Shown here: positions 34,307 through 38,581 of the stretch, in pieces | Position numbering within the stretch: position 1 is the stretch's first letter | Layout of the letters: each line of letters starts with the position of its first letter | Assembly (NCBI RefSeq): GCF_004010195.1 | Contig: NC_057754.1 | Coordinates: 4,301,937 to 4,340,517 of the forward strand | Direction: 5' to 3' | DNA length: 38,581 nucleotides | Source: Chiloscyllium plagiosum | Lineage: Eukaryota | The notes under the pieces: model-generated | Seen by the model: only the letters and a program-made list of their open reading frames with translations | What the model was told of the DNA's origin: nothing | Databases searched by the model: none | Made by a program: the position numbers and the translations under genes

Positions 34307-34924
34307 ATACATTCAAAAATTTTTATTCCGGAGTATATAAAAAGCTGCTTCATTTTTCTGAATTCAGCCCTTTGTTGGCCGTCCCTAATTGCCCCCTTGA
34401 ACAGAGCGGCCATTTTCGGGAATGGTTAAGAATCGGCCACATTGCTGCAGGTCTGGAGTCACGTGTACACCAGGTTTGGGGATAAATTTCCTTCCTTTAT
34501 TACTGCTAAGTGTTTTTTTATGATCATTGATGACAGTTGTCACGGTCGATTAGCTTTCAATTCCACAGCTGACAGACGGGATTTGAACTTGTGTGCCCTG
34601 GAACAGCCTACGCCTCCAAGTAATATTAACCCTGGGTTACATTAGGCTTGCAGTAAAATCCAATTCGCCTCCAGGCCACAGAACTGAACGTTAACAGGGC
34701 GAGCCCAATAAATCAGCAGGTTGTGGGTCTGAATTCCTAGGCATTCCTCCCAAAGTAATTTTAAAAATCATCGCAAGATTAAGTCATGCAGACTAATCAG
34801 ACACAAGATAAGACCCTCTGCTGCCAGCAATCGTAGTCACTACGGCTAAAAATATCCCAATGTGATCATTAAACCTCTTATGTCTCTCTCTATCTCTCTC
34901 TCAACATTGTCGGGATAGTTCATT

Positions 34925-35515
34925 GTCATAGAATCCCTAAGGTGTGGGGCGGGCCCATTGAGTCCACCCTGACCCTCTGCAGGACACTCTACACAGACCC
35001 ACACGATCCCTGTAACCCTGCATTTCCCATGTCTAATCCACCTGCACATTCCTGGGCACTATGGGTAATTTAGCACGGTCAATCCACCCTAACCTGCACA
35101 TCCATGGGCACTATGGGTAATTTAGCACGGACAATCCACCATAACCTGCACATCTCTGGGCACTATGGGACAATTTAGCATGGCCAATCCACCCTAACCT
35201 GTACATCCCTGGGCACTATGGGACAATTTAGCATGGCCAATCCACCCTAACCTGCACATCACTGAACACAATGGGAACAATTTCCCACAGCCAATCCACC
35301 CTAACCTGCACATCCCTAAACACAATGGGAACAATTTACCATGGCCAATCCACCCAACCTGCACTATAGGAAGAAACTGTGCACTTGGAGGAAACCTCAC
35401 ACAGACACCAGGAGATTGGGCAAACTTCACACATACAGTCACCCGAGCGTGGAATCGAACCCAAGTCCCTGGTGGTCTGAGGCAGCAGCGCTAACCACTA
35501 ATTCACTGTGCTACT
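34925..35515 (-). mobile_element. HE1-like V-SINE with internal ~53-bp tandem expansion
   Basis: Head at ~35450-35515; about six units at 35041-35365. Confidence 0.85.
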
Positions 35516-35794
35516 CCTAGATTCTGTCTGAAAGCTTCTGCTAAGCCAGGAACACGGTTACTGATGGACTGGATGATGGTAATGGCCGGTGTGCCCCCAG
35601 CATGATTCCGTAAGTGAGCAACACAATCATTTTCCCTTGTTTCCCTGTGTGCAATGGGGGAAGCAGGTGGGGGGAGGCCAAATGGACTCTTTCTGCTCCT
35701 TAATCACACGCTTCTCCATCCTGTTGCCTCTCACTCTTCTTCCTACTCTCCCTGCCAATCTGCGCTCTATCCCTTTCCAATCACCCACTGCTTA

Positions 35795-36175
35795 TAGTCA
35801 TAAAGTCATTCAGAACAGCACGGAAACAGACCCTTTGGTCCAACCAGTCCATGCCAACCATAATCCCAAACTAAACTAGTCCTACCTGCCTGCTCCTGGC
35901 CCATATCCCTCCAAACCCTTTACTATTCATGTCCTTATCCAAATGTCTTATAAACGTTGTAACTTTACCCGCATCCAGCACTTCCTCTGGAAGTTCATTC
36001 TTCACACAAATCACTGTGTAAAAATGTTGCCCCTCGTGTCTTTTATAATCTCTCTCCTCTCCCCTTAAAAATGGGCCCCCTGATCTTGACATCCCCCATC
36101 CTAGGGAAATGACAACTCCCACCAGCTCCATCTATAACCCTCATTACTTTATAAACCTTTATCAGGTTGCCTACG
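35795..36175 (-). mobile_element. CR1/HER1-type LINE 3' end
   Basis: NELPEEVLDAG..RHLDKDMN plus tail. Confidence 0.85.
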
Positions 36176-36436
36176 TGCGCTCCATTTTCCGAACTTTATT
36201 CTACTCCTCTGGATCTTTTGCCCCGGGATACTAGAGAATGAGTTTTAGCAGGAGGGTTCATGTATAGGGAATACCCCATGGCCTCTCTCAATCCTTAATT
36301 TCACCTTTAGCTTCAGAAAATTGGGTCCAAGGTATTAGCGGTGTGGCTACGTTGCACACAGAGTCATTGTGGACCTCCAAAGTGTCAGTAAAGTCACAAA
36401 AGATGCAAAGAGCTGCACACCCATAGGCAAATTACA

Positions 36437-36788
36437 TAGGCAGAGCCACAACCAGACAGATACACCCACAGACAGATACATGCAAAGGCTCTCACACACA
36501 GACACAGACAGACACAGACACTCAGACACAGATACACACACAGAAAGACACAGACAGACACACACACATATACACGTGCACACACAGACACACACAGATA
36601 GACAGACACGCACACACACAAACACATACACACGTGCACACACAGACACTCACACACAGACAGACACACAAACACACAGACACACACGTGTGCGCGCGCA
36701 CACATAGACAGACACATACAGACACAAACACACACATACACAGACAGACAATCAGACAGACACACACACACGCACAGACACACACATG
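36437..36788. repeat. Degenerate (CA/CAGA)n microsatellite
   Basis: Direct inspection. Confidence 0.95.
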
Positions 36789-36944
36789 CAAAGGAACACA
36801 GCAGGAAGCTGGTGGAATGGCAGTAATCTTATCAAACTCACAATTGAAACACTAAGATTAATGGTTCGCCGGATACAGGATAAATCACAGCATGGCAGCT
36901 TTATATTTAACGAAAAAACTTTCAGAGTAAAAACCTGTCTTGTG

Positions 36945-37350
36945 TTTAGAAAAATGAGGAGGCGAGGGGGATCTCAGAGAAACGCGCAAAATCCTGATGG
37001 GATTGGATGAGCTAGATGCGGGAAGAATGTTCCTGATGTTGGGGATGTCCAGAACAAGGGGATCACAGCCGAGGAATAAGGGATAATCCTTCCGACTGAA
37101 ATGAGGAAGAATTTCTTCACTCAGAGAGCTGTGAACCTGTGGAATTCTCTCCCAGAGGAAGCTGTGGGTGCCGGTTCATTAGATATATTCAAGAGGGAGC
37201 TGGATGTGGCCCTTGCGGCCAAAGGGGTCAAGGGGTGTGGAGAGAAAGCGGGAGTGGGATACTGAGATTGCATGATCAGCCACGATCATATTGAATGGTG
37301 AGGCAGGCTCAAATGGCCAAATGGCCTACTCCTGCACCTATATTCTACAT
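36945..37350 (+). mobile_element. CR1-type LINE 3' end
   Basis: EMRKNFFTQRAVNLWNSLP plus 3' UTR. Confidence 0.8.
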
Positions 37351-37354
37351 TTAA

Positions 37355-37500
37355 AAGCCCATCTGGGTGACTGATGTCCTGTAGGGAAGGAAATCTGCCA
37401 TCCTCACCTGGTCTGGTCTACATGTGACTCCCATAGCAATATGGCTGACCCTTAACTGCCCTCTGAAACAACTTGAGCAAGCCACTCAGGGGCAATTATG
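37355..37500 (+). mobile_element. tRNA-derived SINE (family B), 3' part
   Basis: CCCATCTGG..AGGGAAGGAAATCTGCCATCCTCACCTGGTCTGG. Confidence 0.7.
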
Positions 37501-38009
37501 AACAATGAAGAAAGGACATTTGTATGTACGCATGCAAGTCTACTTAGACACACAGCATTTGCACGTCAATACTGAGTGAGAACATACACAATTGGAAGGT
37601 ACTGAGCCATCAGTGTGTGCTAGCTGAATGATGTCAGGTCTGTTGACTTGATTGTGCAAGCTCGCTCACTCTTAACCCCACCTCGGGCATGGTTCCAAAC
37701 GCATTTCCCAGCCTCAGGAGGACACCAGATGGGATCTCTCCTGCAGCTGTGCCGAATGGGAGTGGGATTCACAGTAACCAGAGACGTCACTGAGTCAGAA
37801 CCTCAGTCAATCCATTAACCCACTCCTGGCCAAAACAACCATGAATTCGCATTAAAACACCAGGCAATTGAGGTGCGTTTGTTGCTATCATCAATTTTCC
37901 TCTCTCCTTGTACCGCCTAGCCCCTGAAGCACTCCCTCCCCCAACAGCCACCCCTGTAGAACACAGAACCAGGAGGAGGCCACGACAGATCCCTCAATCC
38001 TACTGTTTT

Positions 38010-38297
38010 CTTATTTCATTCACAGGATAAGGGCATCGCTGGCTGGGCCAGCTTTTAGTGCCCATCTCTAATTGCCCAGAGGGCAGTTTAAGAGTCAGCT
38101 ACATTGCTGGGATCTGGAGTTACATGTATGCCAGACCAGATGAAGATGGCCTAAAGGACATTAGTGAACCAGATGAGTTCTTCTGACAATGGATTTGTGG
38201 TCATCATTAGACTCTTAATTCCAGACTTTTACCAAATTCAAATTGCACCATCTGCCACAACAGGATTCAAATTCATGTCCCCAGAACATGTCTCTGG
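38010..38297 (-). mobile_element. tRNA-derived SINE (family B)
   Basis: Reverse complement of most of 17722-18068. Confidence 0.75.
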
Positions 38298-38327
38298 TGA
38301 AACAGTTCAGTATATTTTTATTCTAGG

Positions 38328-38581
38328 TAAAAACTATGACTGCAGATGCTGGAAACCAGATTCTGGATTAGTGGTGCTGGAAGAGCACAGCAGTTCAGGC
38401 AGCATCCAAGGAGCTTCGAAATCGACGTTTCGGGCAAAAGCCCTTCATCAGGAATAAAGGCAGTGAGCCTGAAACGTGGAGAGATAAGCTAGAGGAGAGT
38501 GGGGGTGGGGAGAGAGTAGCATAGAGTACAATGGGTGAGTGGGGAGGGGATGAAGGTGATAGGTCAGGGAGGAGAGGGTGG
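38328..38581 (-). mobile_element. Penelope-like element 3' end, runs off the window
   Basis: Terminus related to 10890-11050 and 27921-28037, with a hammerhead motif. Confidence 0.8.
38421..38455 (-). ncRNA. Minimal type I hammerhead ribozyme motif
   Basis: Minus strand auuc-CUGAUGA-A-GGGC-uuuu-GCCC-GAA-ACGU-C-ga: intact core, perfect stem II, GUC site. Confidence 0.7.

Noticed and set aside
1..38581. Hox-cluster identity or known miRNAs (miR-10, miR-196)
   Set aside because: No homeobox exon or matching mature miRNA sequence seen by eye

Overview
Eukaryotic, repeat-saturated, apparently non-coding (intronic or intergenic) DNA from a cartilaginous fish. The organism is inferred from HE1-type V-SINEs with (AATCT)n tails, abundant CR1/HER1-type LINE 3' ends and Penelope-like termini; a carpet/bamboo shark is plausible but unproven. 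No host protein-coding gene could be recognised. Every ORF I can identify is a LINE remnant or a product of a tandem repeat. Content: about 20 CR1-type LINE fragments, about 11 HE1-like SINEs, a second tRNA-derived SINE family, Penelope fragments (GIY-YIG remnant and hammerhead-bearing termini), Rex1 and Tx1 LINE ends, two related non-autonomous elements, several mini/microsatellites and one 276-N gap. Most notable: (1) minimal hammerhead ribozyme motifs from three Penelope-like families, one with an intact core; (2) a double fold-back palindrome centred on a hammerhead core; (3) a 353-bp apparently perfect inverted duplication around the gap with a SINE breakpoint and a microhomology deletion; (4) a 21-bp minisatellite in which CpG decay yields phased p53 half-sites; (5) a tRNA-Pro 3' half truncated at position 37/38. 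I found no convincing novel multi-gene system. Repeat boundaries are estimated by eye and family names come from recall, not database searches.
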